Below, piece after piece: positions 45,856 through 58,181 of a stretch of 64,000 nucleotides of DNA. Positions within the stretch are counted from its first letter, which is position 1. The number at the start of each line of letters is the position of its first letter. The DNA is taken from contig ML978122.1 of the NCBI GenBank assembly GCA_010015805.1, positions 1,832,453 to 1,896,452 on the forward strand. The letters are read 5' to 3'. The notes beneath the pieces were generated by a model, which was given only the letters and a program-made list of their open reading frames with translations, made no database searches and was not told the DNA's origin. The position numbers were made by a program, and so were the translations under genes. The stretch comes from Rhizodiscina lignyota. Taxonomy: Eukaryota.

Positions 45856-46213
45856 TCTCTTGTCGCTCTTTTTTGCTACACTTATGTTTACTCGCAGTGG
45901 CTGATCTGTAATTTGACACGGCGTCGGAGGTTTCATTTGTTAGGTGGGAGGCGTTCGAGGTCATTGTCGGTGCCGCGCTGAGATACCCATGCACACACAG
46001 CTGCCGGCGTTTTTTTGGACATTTGCTCCAGACTGGATTGGATGATTCGGCCTTTTGATCGGCTATAGGGCGCTACGGGTTTATGTTGTTGTAATCCACT
46101 GTATGGTACCACCGAGGCTTTTACTCTGTATCAGCACCTGTCATATAATATCAATTCTCTTGAATCCATCTTCCTGCACTATCCTCCTCATCCAAAGGTG
46201 TCTTGAAATCCAT

Positions 46214-46672
46214 TTAAACAGCCGCCGTGACAAACGCCGTCATCGCCTTGACCGCATCCCCATCGTGTGCCTTGAGTAAATCCGTCGCTTTCGTTTTCGA
46301 GAGGAGCAACTCGTCCACCTATGATAACCAAATATTAACTTCTACTCCATTCCAATTCTCCTTATTCACTCAATCCCAGAGCAGACGAAAAAAACGTACC
46401 AGAAGCCCCACATCCGTCGCATCGATCTTCACCTTCTTCACCTCCTCCTTCTTCTCCGGCGCCTTCGCCTTGTCCCCTACATCTAGATTCTGCATCGCCT
46501 TCGCTATGGCATCGGCGTCGACGTCCTTCTTCGGCGCCGTATTATCGTCGCCGGTTGCCTCGAGCTTCGAGAGCGCGGCCGCTGTCTTGCGCTCCTCTGC
46601 GGAGGCGGGCACGGCGGGCGCATCTTCGGTTGCGCCCTCTTGGACGGTTGAGGGTTGAGGCTCTTCTGCCAT
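46214..46672 (-). CDS. HYPK/NAC-alpha-like UBA-domain small protein
   Basis: Spliced product ...KKVKIDATDVGLL|VDELLLSKTKATDLLKAHDGDAVKAMTAFVTAAV-stop; one intron at about 46399-46319. Confidence 0.85.
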
Positions 46673-47093
46673 TTTTGGGAGGGATGGAGTTTATAGGGTG
46701 AGTGGGAAGGGTGAGGACGACGATTGGATGGTTGTGGGGTTGGAATTTTGGGGATTTTGAGGTGGAGGAGCGGATGTGGCTGATGCTATGAAATAGTTAG
46801 CCGCTAGGGCAGACCATAGACATGAAAATGACCAAACCCGCTGGTCCTTCCCTGCTTCACGAGGCAGATATATCGAGATTTCACTCATAGTTAGACATTA
46901 AGATAACTGAGGACGTTGCGATTGATTTGAGCACACTCGACACAGCTCAACATCGTTTTGGAAATGCTCGATGGTCCTGCACGCGGTAGAAACGAAGTCG
47001 ATTTTGACGCTCGCTAAAATGCTTTCCAAGACAGCAAGGTGAACAGCATCTAGGAAGTATATTGACAAAAGTCAACGCCATGCCATGATGGAA

Positions 47094-49847
47094 TTAGTCT
47101 CTCTCATGCACGCCGACAAAAGGCGGCGGCAAGTCTAGATCCCAAGGCGGTCGCTCAATCAACACAACCTCGAGAACATCTCCATCCTGCCCTCTCGATT
47201 TAAAATCGCGTTCCCCACTATCGACCTGCTCCGACAGCGGCACAATACCAAGTATCGGCCGGTACTTGTATGTGAACCAAAACTTCGTTGGCCCGCGCTC
47301 CTTCACGGCATCTTCGTCATTCACCTTCTCTTCTTCATCCGAGTCATCCACATCCGAGCGAATAGGCTTTAATCCTTCGCCAACAGCATCAGAGTCGTCC
47401 TCCTCCGATTGTGTCTCTTGCTCCACTTTCACCCAAGCTGGCTTCTTGCCGTCTGCTCCAGTTGATAATTTCCTCATCTTCCGCCCATAACCCATCACCT
47501 CACTCTCCTTCTTTTTACTGCCAGCGCCGCTCGTGCCGACTTGCAAAGCCCTCTGCACCTCAGGACGTTTTCTCTTTTTATGCCTGTCTCCTTCCGTCTC
47601 CCCATTTGTCTGCGCTGGGCCGTTTTCCGACTCAAAGTCCTGGGACATGTCAAACATATAAACGCAGCTAGTGCCGTACAACCACAGCCGTTCCCACTTT
47701 GGCGTGACATGCCACATAGCGCCCATGGCACGATCTCGGTACTTTTTGAACTCTGCGGGCAGAGTTGCTGTAGTATTCCGCTGAGACCAATCCGTTATCC
47801 GTCCAGACAGCGGATCAAACTCGTACAGCTGGTGTCGAGCTGTCAGAACAATCAGTCGATAGTCCCCACCGGGAACGTCGTGTGGTTGTGGGTGCGGATT
47901 GTGTCGGGTCGGATGAAGCGCAGGGTTTCCATTTGGCTCTGGTGCCTTCTTCTCGTCCAGAGTCGGCCGGAATGTGAGAATTATCGGTGTGGATTCAAGT
48001 TTTGGTATTTTGTGAAGCGACTCAATGTGCCACCAACGCTGGCCGAGGAAAGTAATTTCAGCTTGTTCGTCATCGTCATCGGAATCAGAATCAGATGAGG
48101 CGCTGTCGTCAACATCTACCTGGGGGGCGGTCACGTCTTCGTGCCCCTTTAGAACCCAACTATCAATGCTGCCAGATAGATCGCTCGTCACGAAGACGCG
48201 GCTGTCATACGAGAATTGCATATTGGTGATTGTTCGCTCGTAGTTTCCGGAAAGAGAAGAGAACATTGAATTGACGTCTTGGGCTGGATGGCGCTCTAGA
48301 TTCAACACAGTTGGTAAGACTTCAACTGCTCCTTGCTCGTCATGAACTAAGCGACAAAGCTGGACGTCGTTGTTGTGCTTGAGGACTGCAAGCCATTTGC
48401 AATCGGGGGAGAGTTCCACATATCGAGCACCACGAGTTTGGAGGGCCTTGGGAGTCTCAATTTTGCGTATCCGAAGAGTCTGGGACGGCGGTATTGCACG
48501 AATTTGCAGTCGAAACATCTTAACTTCTGCCGCTGTAGCCACTGCAAGGATTTTGCCATTCGCTGACAACGAAACAGACGCAATATTTTCTTCTCCTTTC
48601 AGTGCGACCTTGGCCATGAGCTTGTGATTCTCGAGTTGTCTTGAGTCTTTATGAATTTTCCAGATCAGCACCTCACGATCCCACCAACTGACAAGCAGTC
48701 GACTGGCCTGTGCGGCTGATACTGGCGGATTCCGGGGCAATCCAGATATGCTCCTGCTGTATTCTTCTCCGTGGCCGCGGATGGGATGAATATAGAGATC
48801 AGTATCTGTGCCACCAGATGCGAATATGCTCATGTTCTTGCCATCATATGCCGCCAACGCTTTGACATCATGGCTATGGTGGCGTTGATGTGAGATTCTA
48901 GACCAGAATCTCCGTTTGGAACCCCCCTTTGCAGCAGCCAGCCGATATGTTACGGTTCGACGATCGGTACCCGTGCTGAAAGCAGTCTCACCATCGCGGC
49001 TGACATCCACAGCCATGACATCTGCCTCGTGTGCAGAGAGACGTTGGAGTTGTGAGTAGTGCTTTGAGTCGAAGAATCGAACTTCTCCGGTGGAATCACC
49101 CGACATGATGTCGCCATTCGGTAGGCACTTCACCGACCACACCAGGATTTCCTTGGGTCCGCCAGTGGGTCCACTTCCGAGTGAAACTTGTCTTACTAAA
49201 GATCCATTGCGGATGTCGAACACTCGAATGGCACTGTCCGCAAATCCTGCCACGACAATATCGCGGCTCTGAAATGTAACACACAAACATCTGGCCTGTT
49301 TCTTCGTCGGTCGTGTGAGGTATCGTTGGAATGCGAGGTCATTGCTGGCGGTCGATAGAAGTGCCAAAGTCCCGTCGGCACAGCCCGCGATGATGTTCTG
49401 GCCTCTAAATTCGCCGTCTCGAGGCGGTCCCTTCTTTTCCCACCTTGGCTGTGCTGCGAGACACCAAACTTCGCTCGCATTCCCACTTGAATGTCGCAGT
49501 GGTAGCCCAGTCGCCAAGTCCCATTCAGTTACCGAGCTCGAATACCCAATGCTAAACAGTCGCAGCTGTCCAGCAGTGACCGAGCCATCCTCCTCCGTCT
49601 CATCAGGCTCTTGTATCCATGCCAATCCCTCGACACTACGGTCTTTACCTCCTCGAAACGTTGTCTCATGAAACCAGGTCCCTTTCAGTGGATTCCATAT
49701 CTCAATGTCTCCATTTGCACGCCCAACAGCGAGGCGGAGCGTATCCTCTCGCGCAGTATCCTTCGAATTTCCGCTGGGTTGAGAGAAGGCGAGCGCGTGG
49801 ATGGCAGATGGTGGGTAGGGGACGAATCTGGATCGATGTACATCCAT
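47094..49847 (-). CDS. UTP4: U3 snoRNP (SSU processome) WD40 protein Utp4
   Basis: MDVHRSRFVPYPPSAIHALAFS, RLAVGRANGDIEIWNP, RLFSIGYSSSVTEWDL, C-terminal YKYRPILGIVP..VVLIERP. Single exon. Confidence 0.95.
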   Translation of the reverse strand: MDVHRSRFVPYPPSAIHALAFSQPSGNSKDTAREDTLRLAVGRANGDIEIWNPLKGTWFHETTFRGGKDRSVEGLAWIQEPDETEEDGSVTAGQLRLFSIGYSSSVTEWDLATGLPLRHSSGNASEVWCLAAQPRWEKKGPPRDGEFRGQNIIAGCADGTLALLSTASNDLAFQRYLTRPTKKQARCLCVTFQSRDIVVAGFADSAIRVFDIRNGSLVRQVSLGSGPTGGPKEILVWSVKCLPNGDIMSGDSTGEVRFFDSKHYSQLQRLSAHEADVMAVDVSRDGETAFSTGTDRRTVTYRLAAAKGGSKRRFWSRISHQRHHSHDVKALAAYDGKNMSIFASGGTDTDLYIHPIRGHGEEYSRSISGLPRNPPVSAAQASRLLVSWWDREVLIWKIHKDSRQLENHKLMAKVALKGEENIASVSLSANGKILAVATAAEVKMFRLQIRAIPPSQTLRIRKIETPKALQTRGARYVELSPDCKWLAVLKHNNDVQLCRLVHDEQGAVEVLPTVLNLERHPAQDVNSMFSSLSGNYERTITNMQFSYDSRVFVTSDLSGSIDSWVLKGHEDVTAPQVDVDDSASSDSDSDDDDEQAEITFLGQRWWHIESLHKIPKLESTPIILTFRPTLDEKKAPEPNGNPALHPTRHNPHPQPHDVPGGDYRLIVLTARHQLYEFDPLSGRITDWSQRNTTATLPAEFKKYRDRAMGAMWHVTPKWERLWLYGTSCVYMFDMSQDFESENGPAQTNGETEGDRHKKRKRPEVQRALQVGTSGAGSKKKESEVMGYGRKMRKLSTGADGKKPAWVKVEQETQSEEDDSDAVGEGLKPIRSDVDDSDEEEKVNDEDAVKERGPTKFWFTYKYRPILGIVPLSEQVDSGERDFKSRGQDGDVLEVVLIERPPWDLDLPPPFVGVHERD

Positions 49848-50499
49848 TGTGAAATGCTGTATCACCTAGAGCGCATCATCGTCGTAAAGATGCTCGAGAG
49901 ACGTTGTAAGGCCGTCTCCAATGTGGTTGTGACTTTGGAGAATTTCATCCAAAAAGTTGCAGGGGTCTTCGAAATCTTGGCGCGGACATGCCTAAATCTC
50001 GGGCCGTCAGTCGGGCCGGCTATCGACCTCTCCAACCTCTCTCGTTTCAGCTCCAAAGAGTTTTCATCCCATTCAAGACGCCAGTGAACTACAAACTACC
50101 CTTATGGTGCCTCTAACGATTCAATATTGTCGAGGCGAGGCAATTGGGATAGCTGGCCATCATGGGCACAACGTATCTGGATGTTTCGAGCTTATAATGG
50201 GGCCATTACGATTCCAAATGCTGCGAGTCCAGATTCTCTCTTGGTAACCATTGCAGACCTAATCTAAGCATATTGACCACTTGGTGCAAGCTCCCAATAT
50301 TTTAGGCGGTCTCCAATGACATGCTGTTCTCCGACCTCGATGCCTCCGAACATCAGTCCTTCCTTACGTGCGGACCGTGTCTCCGCAATTGCCGCGGTGC
50401 ACCGAGGAGGAGCCTCCACAGTGGTACAACGGAACTATGAGATGTAGTGTTCAATGGCTTGTGATAAGGTCTGGATGCAGAGGCTGTTCTATAGCCACG

Positions 50500-53400
50500 T
50501 GGACGCGAGATGTAGAGATGTAGGGACAGGCAGATTCTGAGGCGTTGTGTATCGTTGGCTCGCATTGATCTGCTGCATGGAGTTCTGTCCGTGGACACCG
50601 GGAATATGTGCCCGTGTACGCATTCAAGTTGGGTGACAATCACGTTTCGCTCGTCAGCTTGCACACATGAGTAAATGATTCGAAGTATTGTGCCCTGAAT
50701 TGACTCGCTGGCTGTTTCAGTGCCTCGAGGCTCCATATATCCATATTCCATAGAGCGGGATTGAACATGACATCAGGATGGGAACCCTCGACGCCAGATG
50801 CAAGGGAGATATGTTGGTGTCCGTGGCATCGATGCTCAGACCGCGGTCGTAAGTATGTCCCCGAGGGCTGTGAGGCGGAACTTGCCCACTTCTGCAAATG
50901 CAAACTTCCAGAACATCGGAATCACATTTGAGGATCAACATAAATTTAGACGTCTTACATTAGCAAACGCGCCTTCGTGCTATCAGAGCGGATAATATGG
51001 ACGTTTCAGGGCCGCTGCGGCCGACCGAGCCGCAAATGTCTGCACTCTCATGCCCGCAAATGCTCAGCGAGTCGTTCGCGATGCAGACGCGTTGCACGCG
51101 TTTTATGAGGTCCCGCCGTCTGTGGCCAAGCGCTGCAAAATGTCTTGGTGGAGGGCGGGTAAACGGGCAATATTCGCGAGCCTCCGTCCTTCCTGGGCGC
51201 AGTGGCCGTTAAGTAGACCTTCGCATCCAAGGCACGACGAAAATAAGCCTGCTGGTGGTCAGGTATGATTGCGCGTGGTCTGAGCGACGGTGCGGCCGGG
51301 CAATGGCATGGGGTACGAGCATGGCTCCTCGGTGCATTGCAGCTCAAATTTGATAATGGCGTCAAAATGGCTGCCGAGTTCTCCACAGCTTGCCCCAGGC
51401 GCTACATATCGCCGCGTCCACGCCACAGACGCGTGAGGGACGCCGCTTGCGCTTCAGCCATCGAATAGCGCGGGCGACTAGAACAATTCCACAATGGCCG
51501 GATCGGTCATCAAGGAAAGAGGCGGCAGAGTCACGCAGATTATTACTAGATTCTTGTCGACACGAAAAAAGCAGTCCGATTTGACCGCGTGGGCGTCACA
51601 AGCAAATTGATCTTTGCGGACCCTTAGGGGCCCTTGAGGGGAAAGGTCAAACGGGATGTCTTCTACATCGAACTGACAATTGCCTCAAAAAACCTCTTCT
51701 GTAACCTGTTTCGAAACAATGCAGGCAAATTTCTTCTCTGCGGGGAAGCAGACGGCGGGCAAATCGGTCGTCGGAGCCAACGCGAGACGTGCCCCCCTTT
51801 TATGTGATGTGATAACGCGATGGAAGGACGGAGGCTCGTAATGCCAACCTTGAACAAAGGCGCCTCAGCCACCAGAGGTCGAACCGATTGCTTGGGCTGA
51901 GCCACAGCGCGTGGTTGGGATGATTGAGATCAATGCTCGCGTGCTTCCGTGCTTTGTACAATGTCCAGCGTGCATCTTCAATCTCGCAATTGGCATTGTC
52001 CGAAATAAGGCAGATGATTGTCGCCAGACGCGTAGCCATCTGTCATTCCGTTCGTGAGCGTGGTGCGGCTCGCAATATGTAGAGCTCAGTACAAGTGTCA
52101 AGCATTTTCCATGTCGTACTCAGGGGACCCGCAAGAGGCCGTTGGATGCCGTTTGTTCGCTGTGCGTAACGAGTTCGGGAAGGCGATTAGCACTCCCCTC
52201 TCCTGAAAACTTCACGGCGGAAACTATCATCTAATTCGCCCTCAATCGCCGACAAGATCGCCCCGCGGCTAACGTGCACATCAGCCTGATCAGCTTGACG
52301 TGGTGAAGAGCCGTTCGATGCGAACCATCAGGCATGATTCTCCGCTTGAGTCGACGGGTACAGCAGTCATGTCGCCTGCACGCTGCAGACCGTTCATCAC
52401 CCGTACGCTCAGATAGGGTAGGACTTGCCATGAATCTGAAACTCTTCGTGCTCCCATAATACAGAGGGCATACTGACGTCGTACAAGACTGCGGGGACTC
52501 TTTACCTAGGAGGTACAAGTGACTGTAAGATTGGGGGCAAGACCCGAAACGCGCTGCAAAATTTCACATGGCAGACGAGGCTATTGGAACCAGTGCTTGT
52601 ACCAGCGTACCGTACATGGATGTCACGCGTTTGTCCTTGGTCAGAACTGCTCACCGCTGGAATAAAGTGGAATTTGGTCCGCTAGATGGCCATTGGAGAC
52701 TTCAACGAGATTGATGGCGTCAGTGTGCATTCCTGCTTCTCAGAGATCAGCTGTCTGCTTCGAGCTGGAGTTCAAGGACGCGAGAGCCAAAACCGGCAGC
52801 TCGGCCAGCGCGTCCTCGTGAAGCTTCAAATAGAATGCTCAGATCCCGGATGCGGACCTGCAGAAGGTGTCAAGGAATTACAGGTTTCCAGCAGCATCGC
52901 TCCAGTGCCCGGCTGCTTGGGGGCGGGTCCACGTCAAGTGAGAAGTTCGAGGGCTGCTTAAGGTCGTTATATGCAAGCTGCAGGCAGGGTTCAGAAGCAA
53001 GATGGTCGCAAGGTGCGGATGCAAAAAGATTGGACGGATCTGGGGAACGTGAATCTGCAGTCTCGTGTAGCGTGCAGACCGTCGGCCTCAGGCTGACTGA
53101 GGTAAGGTGTCGGCAGACGCTGCTGATTCGCGCAGCCTCTCTTGCGAGCTTGCAAGGCCATTTCAGGCTTTGGGTGCTCTTTTCTCAGCCGTGCGGAGCG
53201 TCGACCGACGTGTCTGCTGGGATGGGACGGCACCTAGCTCTGCACACTCGCTCGCTAATTCGACGCGTCTTTGGGGGAGGACGAAAAGAAAAGTAGATGA
53301 TCAGGAGCAGTAGGCGCCTTGCCGGAGATGAGGCAGCGAAGATTTGAAAACGTAGCACGGAAGGCCCCTATTAGGGCGGCGCGAGTGAACGGACGGCACT

Positions 53401-55553
53401 GGCCTACAGCAATAACGCAGGCAAACCACTCGAAATGACCGCTGATACTTACACGTCCACACGGGCGAAATGGTAAAATGGTGCTAGTGAGCTGTAGCGC
53501 GTTTCTCAGGGAGCAGGCCTGCTGGGGGGAAGCAGGAGGGATGATGCTCGCTGCACGCGATGCTGGCTGGTTGCGCCACGCCTGCACGCCGGGCAGAGAT
53601 GGCTGGCGTTTTGCGGCGTCGTCGTTGACCGGCGAGGACTGGCTCTCTGCTGGCGGACACAGCGTTGCGTGCAAGCAGGGAAGATGCTGATCGAAGCGGA
53701 ATGGTCGCCCATAAGCTGGGAGCAAAGCCGCCGCGCCCGAATCTGTAACGGGTGGTGCACCCTTGGCCCTGTGCGATCAACCTCCACCAAAGAACTCCGC
53801 GTCGTTATACTATCCTCCTTCGCCCTCATCTTCCTCCTCTTCCTTCTCCATCCTCTCCCCTCGAAACGGTCAGAGTGATGCTGTGTGCCGATTGGAGTAG
53901 ATAAGTTCTGGTGCTCTCGTTTCCAGGCTTGATCTCTCCAAAGACACCGCTACTCCTCGGCCACCCCCCAGCCGAGCCGTACCTCAACCTCGACCTCAAT
54001 TGAGGCTCTTCAACCACCTCTTAGCCCCTCTGCCACCTCATCCTCCTCCCGCCCTCGCTCAGAGCTCCCGTACGACCTCCTCACCCTGAACCTTGAGCCT
54101 CGAAAGCGGATTCTGAGAATCTCATCGGCGGCCAAGCCTCCTCTCATCCCCTTTTGCTCAACCTCGAACCTTCTGGCTCGACCTTTAGCTTCATCCAACA
54201 CTGCACTCTCTCCCCCGCAGTGTGTTCACACCCTCGATAGGTGCTTTACGCTTGGTAAGTGAAATCAATTTTCGTTTTCTCCTGCAGGCCTTACTGCAAT
54301 GAAGATTCCCCGGCACCTCGATACGCATCTACACGACCCTCAACCGCATTCCACAACATCATCACCGGCACGCAACTCCGGAAATTACTCCTCGATCATC
54401 AAATCTGCGGCATTTTCCGACAGCAACACACTGCTCGCGTGAGTGTCAATGTCAACGGCCTGGCCTACCTTGGATCGACAATTAAGGCCTAGTCTGGAGG
54501 CACTCGCCATTCGAGCCCCTCGACTGCACGATCTTGTTGTGCAGATATCTGCCTGTCCGTACTACGGAGACTCGGATAACCGACGTCGTGTGAATTGAAC
54601 AGAAACATCATCTTGCATACTGTCTCAAATCTACGTCAAACTCAAGGCTAGCTTACGCCACGTCTCTCGAACAAAGCCACCTCGAGGATCTAAGACCATT
54701 ACTACGACAAATACTGTAGTGCATTCTCGAAGCAGTTCGCCTACTAGTTCATTCCAGAAACCCTGGGAAAGCGTGTCATCGCGTTCAGGGGTCACATTTC
54801 CTCTTCGGTTCTGGCCAACCTTCAGTGCTTCAAGGACCTTTCTAACCTACACGTTTTTGTGGGAATGCGCCGCTGACGGCTGCTTTCATACAGCTTCTCG
54901 CTTCACAATTGCACTTGCTCACCTCCAGTGAATTCAATTGAGCACTGCAAGACCTGCAGACTCCAACCATATTCACTTCGAGAAAAGGTAAATTCATTCA
55001 CATGGCATTATCCGCCAGATCTAACCCTTGCGTAGCTTCAATTCTGAGGGTCTGCTCGCATTCTCCGTCCCTAGAAGCCAAGACCGATCGAACTACAGCG
55101 GAAACGTTCATTCGTACTTCTGCTGTTGCTTGAGTCGCGTGTCCCTCAATCAACCGGCTCATTCCAATTCTACGGACTGGATGACCCTTTCCTGAGATTT
55201 CACAAGCGTTTCGTACCATTCACTCCTTAGTGCATAATACTCTAATTCAAGGTGCGTACCAACTATCCGGACCTGCTGAACGCAATTTCCCTTTCTGTGC
55301 ACGCGTCAACTGCTGACAGTTGCTTCTGCAGACTGAGTTGAAGTCTCCTGTATAACTCATCGCGTCCATCTCGTTGGACGCCGAGAACAGGAGCTAATCA
55401 ACAGTCGTTTTTCCAACTAATTACAATCATTCGTATTTGCCTTTAACAGGCTGTCACTCTGTAATTCGACTTCGGTCATTCACTCTTTGAATTGTCTATC
55501 CAGGAGAGTTGACGTCCACTCTTTCAATCATTTTCGAACCCCTTCCACCCACC
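50500..55553 (+). promoter_or_regulatory. Large upstream regulatory region and long 5' leader of the G1 cyclin, with multiple MCB (ACGCGT) sites and a probable 5'UTR intron (55252-55331)
   Basis: No credible CDS. ACGCGT at 51087, 51096, 51429, 52028, 52625, 53263 and 55301. CT-rich tract at about 53810-54240. GTGCGT..CTGAC..CAG intron signals. Confidence 0.55.
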
Positions 55554-56839
55554 ATGGCGTTCCCGCAACAATATCCGCGCTACGGCCAATGTGACAGCTT
55601 CTTCGTGGAATCAGAAGATGGCTTAGCTGCCATTCGAGCAGAGGAGCGAGAGCGCTCACGCGTGGTCTCGAGAATGCGGCAACGGTCAATGGCAGAGGAG
55701 TTGTCAAGAGCGACTGCTGAGGAATATCAAGAGGACGTTCTAGATCACATGGAGCGGATGGAGGTAAGAATACTGCATACGTGCTATGGAACAATGCTAA
55801 ATCCCAGAAGTCTGAGACTCTGCCCGACGTGAGCTCAATAGACATCCAGACCGAGATCCAGTGGTTCATGAGACCCTACCTACTCGATTTCCTCATCGAA
55901 GCTCATACGGCATTCCAACTGCTCCCAGACACCTTGTTCCTCGCAGTCAATCTGCTCGACCGATATTGCTCTCGACGAGTGGTCTACAAACGTCACTATC
56001 AGCTCGTCGGATGCGCTGCCCTCTTAGTTGCGTCCAAGTACGGCGACAAGAAGGACCATGTCCCACAAATCAAAGAACTGAAGTCAATGTGCTGTGGTCT
56101 CTACGAAGAGGATATGTTCATACAGATGGAACGACACGTTTTGTCAACACTTCAATACTACATCGGACACCCAACGGTCGATAGTTTCCTCCAGATCGCC
56201 CTATCAGAGGCCTCATACGATCCTGAAGTCGAACACATGGCATGGTACATATCCGAGATCGCCTTGTTCCACCGTGATTTCGTTTCAATGCGGCCGTCCG
56301 TCATCGCCCGCTCTGCCCTCGCCCTGGCCCGATGTATACTGGCACGGTCTCAATCACGCCCACAAGACTGGGCTGGCTCGTACGATATCGGAACCGTCCA
56401 TCTCTTGTCAAACTACCTATTCCAACCTTCTGCGGTACTACAAAGGAAGTATGCCTCGATGCATCTTTCTGGTGTCTCCCACACAGTCGAAGGCTTCTTG
56501 GCAAGACAAGCGCAGCTTGCTCGCCAGCGCAACTCAGTATCCATGATGGAGGAAGAACACACTGTTGAGCATGTTGCACCTAAGCCCTCAGGCATGCCGC
56601 AGACACCGCAGAAGCAACAAGTGAACTCAGTGATGCAATATGGCGCACTTACACCGCCAATCACTCCGGACCACGAGAAATTTGGCGAAAGCGGATACGG
56701 CACAAACAATGGCATGTTTCCACGGCTACCTCACACGCCATCACCACTTTCTGCTAGCCACCAACCTCCACAAGGTCAACCGCCTATCACATATACATCC
56801 TTCCCTCCGCCGTCCTACGTCCATCAGCCACACTGCTGA
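55554..56839 (+). CDS. G1/S-type cyclin (Cln/Ccn1/Puc1-like)
   Basis: EYQEDVLDHM, cyclin box WFMRPYLLDFLIEAH..TLFLAVNLLDRYCSRR..YQLVGCAALLVASKY, and PEST tail with LTPPITP. Intron 55764-55810 has a CAG-AAG tandem acceptor. Confidence 0.94.
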
Positions 56840-58181
56840 GACTGAGGGCAATGCTCCCTCACCTGCTTCGGACGACACCACCGTCGCAAACTCGGGTCTA
56901 TCGACTGAGATCATCTTCGGCATCATCCCTCCACCAGCACTATCTGCTTTTGTAACAAAATAATGTACAAGCGATCATAGCATTAGCCGTCTTTGCATTG
57001 CAAGCGTGTCCATTCCCCCGGTTTTAATTCTCTTTTGTCAATTAAAAAATACCCCCGACTGCACATAACCTCGCGGTCTTTTTCTGCTTTCAGGTAGCAA
57101 GGCCAGCACGGAACGGAAAGGGGCTCATGAGATTGCCGTATCGCAGTCCATCTAACGGGAGCATCATATCAAGGCGTACCCAACTCTGGATAGTACTCCT
57201 TCGATGTTTCTTCGTCGATAGGACTACGAGCGGCAATCCTGAGCTCCACAGAGAGCGTCACAGTTTGTACCGCGGCACCAGAAACGGCTCTGGGAACATA
57301 CCCAAATTGTTCATCATGGCGGGAAGGAACTACGGAAAAGCAGGCGCTTGATTTCTCTCCATTATTCCCTTCTACTTTCACTACCACCCCATGATGCCGT
57401 CGATCAGTCTGATACATGCACCCCACTCTCCAGAGGGTCACCTCGTGTCTTTCGGCGTCCCGAGGCGCGTTTGAGACTGAGTGAGAGGAAACTCGGAGTC
57501 AGGAGGAATATGGCAAACCACTAGGTAGCGATAGGTAGCAATATATCTAACTTTCAAGCAAGCACAACTTTCGCATAGAAATACCATGCCGATCGTTCTC
57601 CTCGAACTTGCAGCCTTGGAGACCAGGGTTCCATAGTCTCGTCAGCCAGGAGCAACCTTTCTTGGCGTCCAGACCCTGCAGTTTCGTTTGAAATGTCTGT
57701 CCATCCTAGCTGCCTCTTCAGGTCTAGCTTTTTACCCTTGCCCAAAACTTATCGATATCAACCCTCCAGCAATTTGCATGATGGGATCTTTGCCCGCTGC
57801 CCCGACTTGTCAGGATTTCATCGTCCGACTGCGGCTTCCCATCTTTCCTATCTCCTCAAGCTTCCTCATAGGGCTCTGGCAGATCCGGTACCGCGAGGGG
57901 CATGCTCACTCTCCAATGCCGATTCGCTCAAATGCAGGTAGGAAACAGCTACCCATGCTGTGGAAATGCGGAGCTGCATGTTTCTTTACGTTTGCGGAGC
58001 TTCGAAGTCGTCATTCCAATTCTCTTGCGTTCGTCTCTTATCGTGATGTGGACCTTCTGCTTTGAAATGTTTATATCTTTTGGCTGGCTGCCATCTGATT
58101 CCCCGTTGTACGCGGCTAACCATCCTCTAATCTCGTCAATTGCTGTGAAAGCGTTGTGAAGAGAGCTCTACAGACGCAGCA

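Noticed and set aside
50353..54200. Many 60-156 aa ORFs between UTP4 and the cyclin
   Set aside because: Arg/Ala/Cys-rich, overlapping on both strands and without motifs, as expected by chance in GC-rich regulatory DNA.
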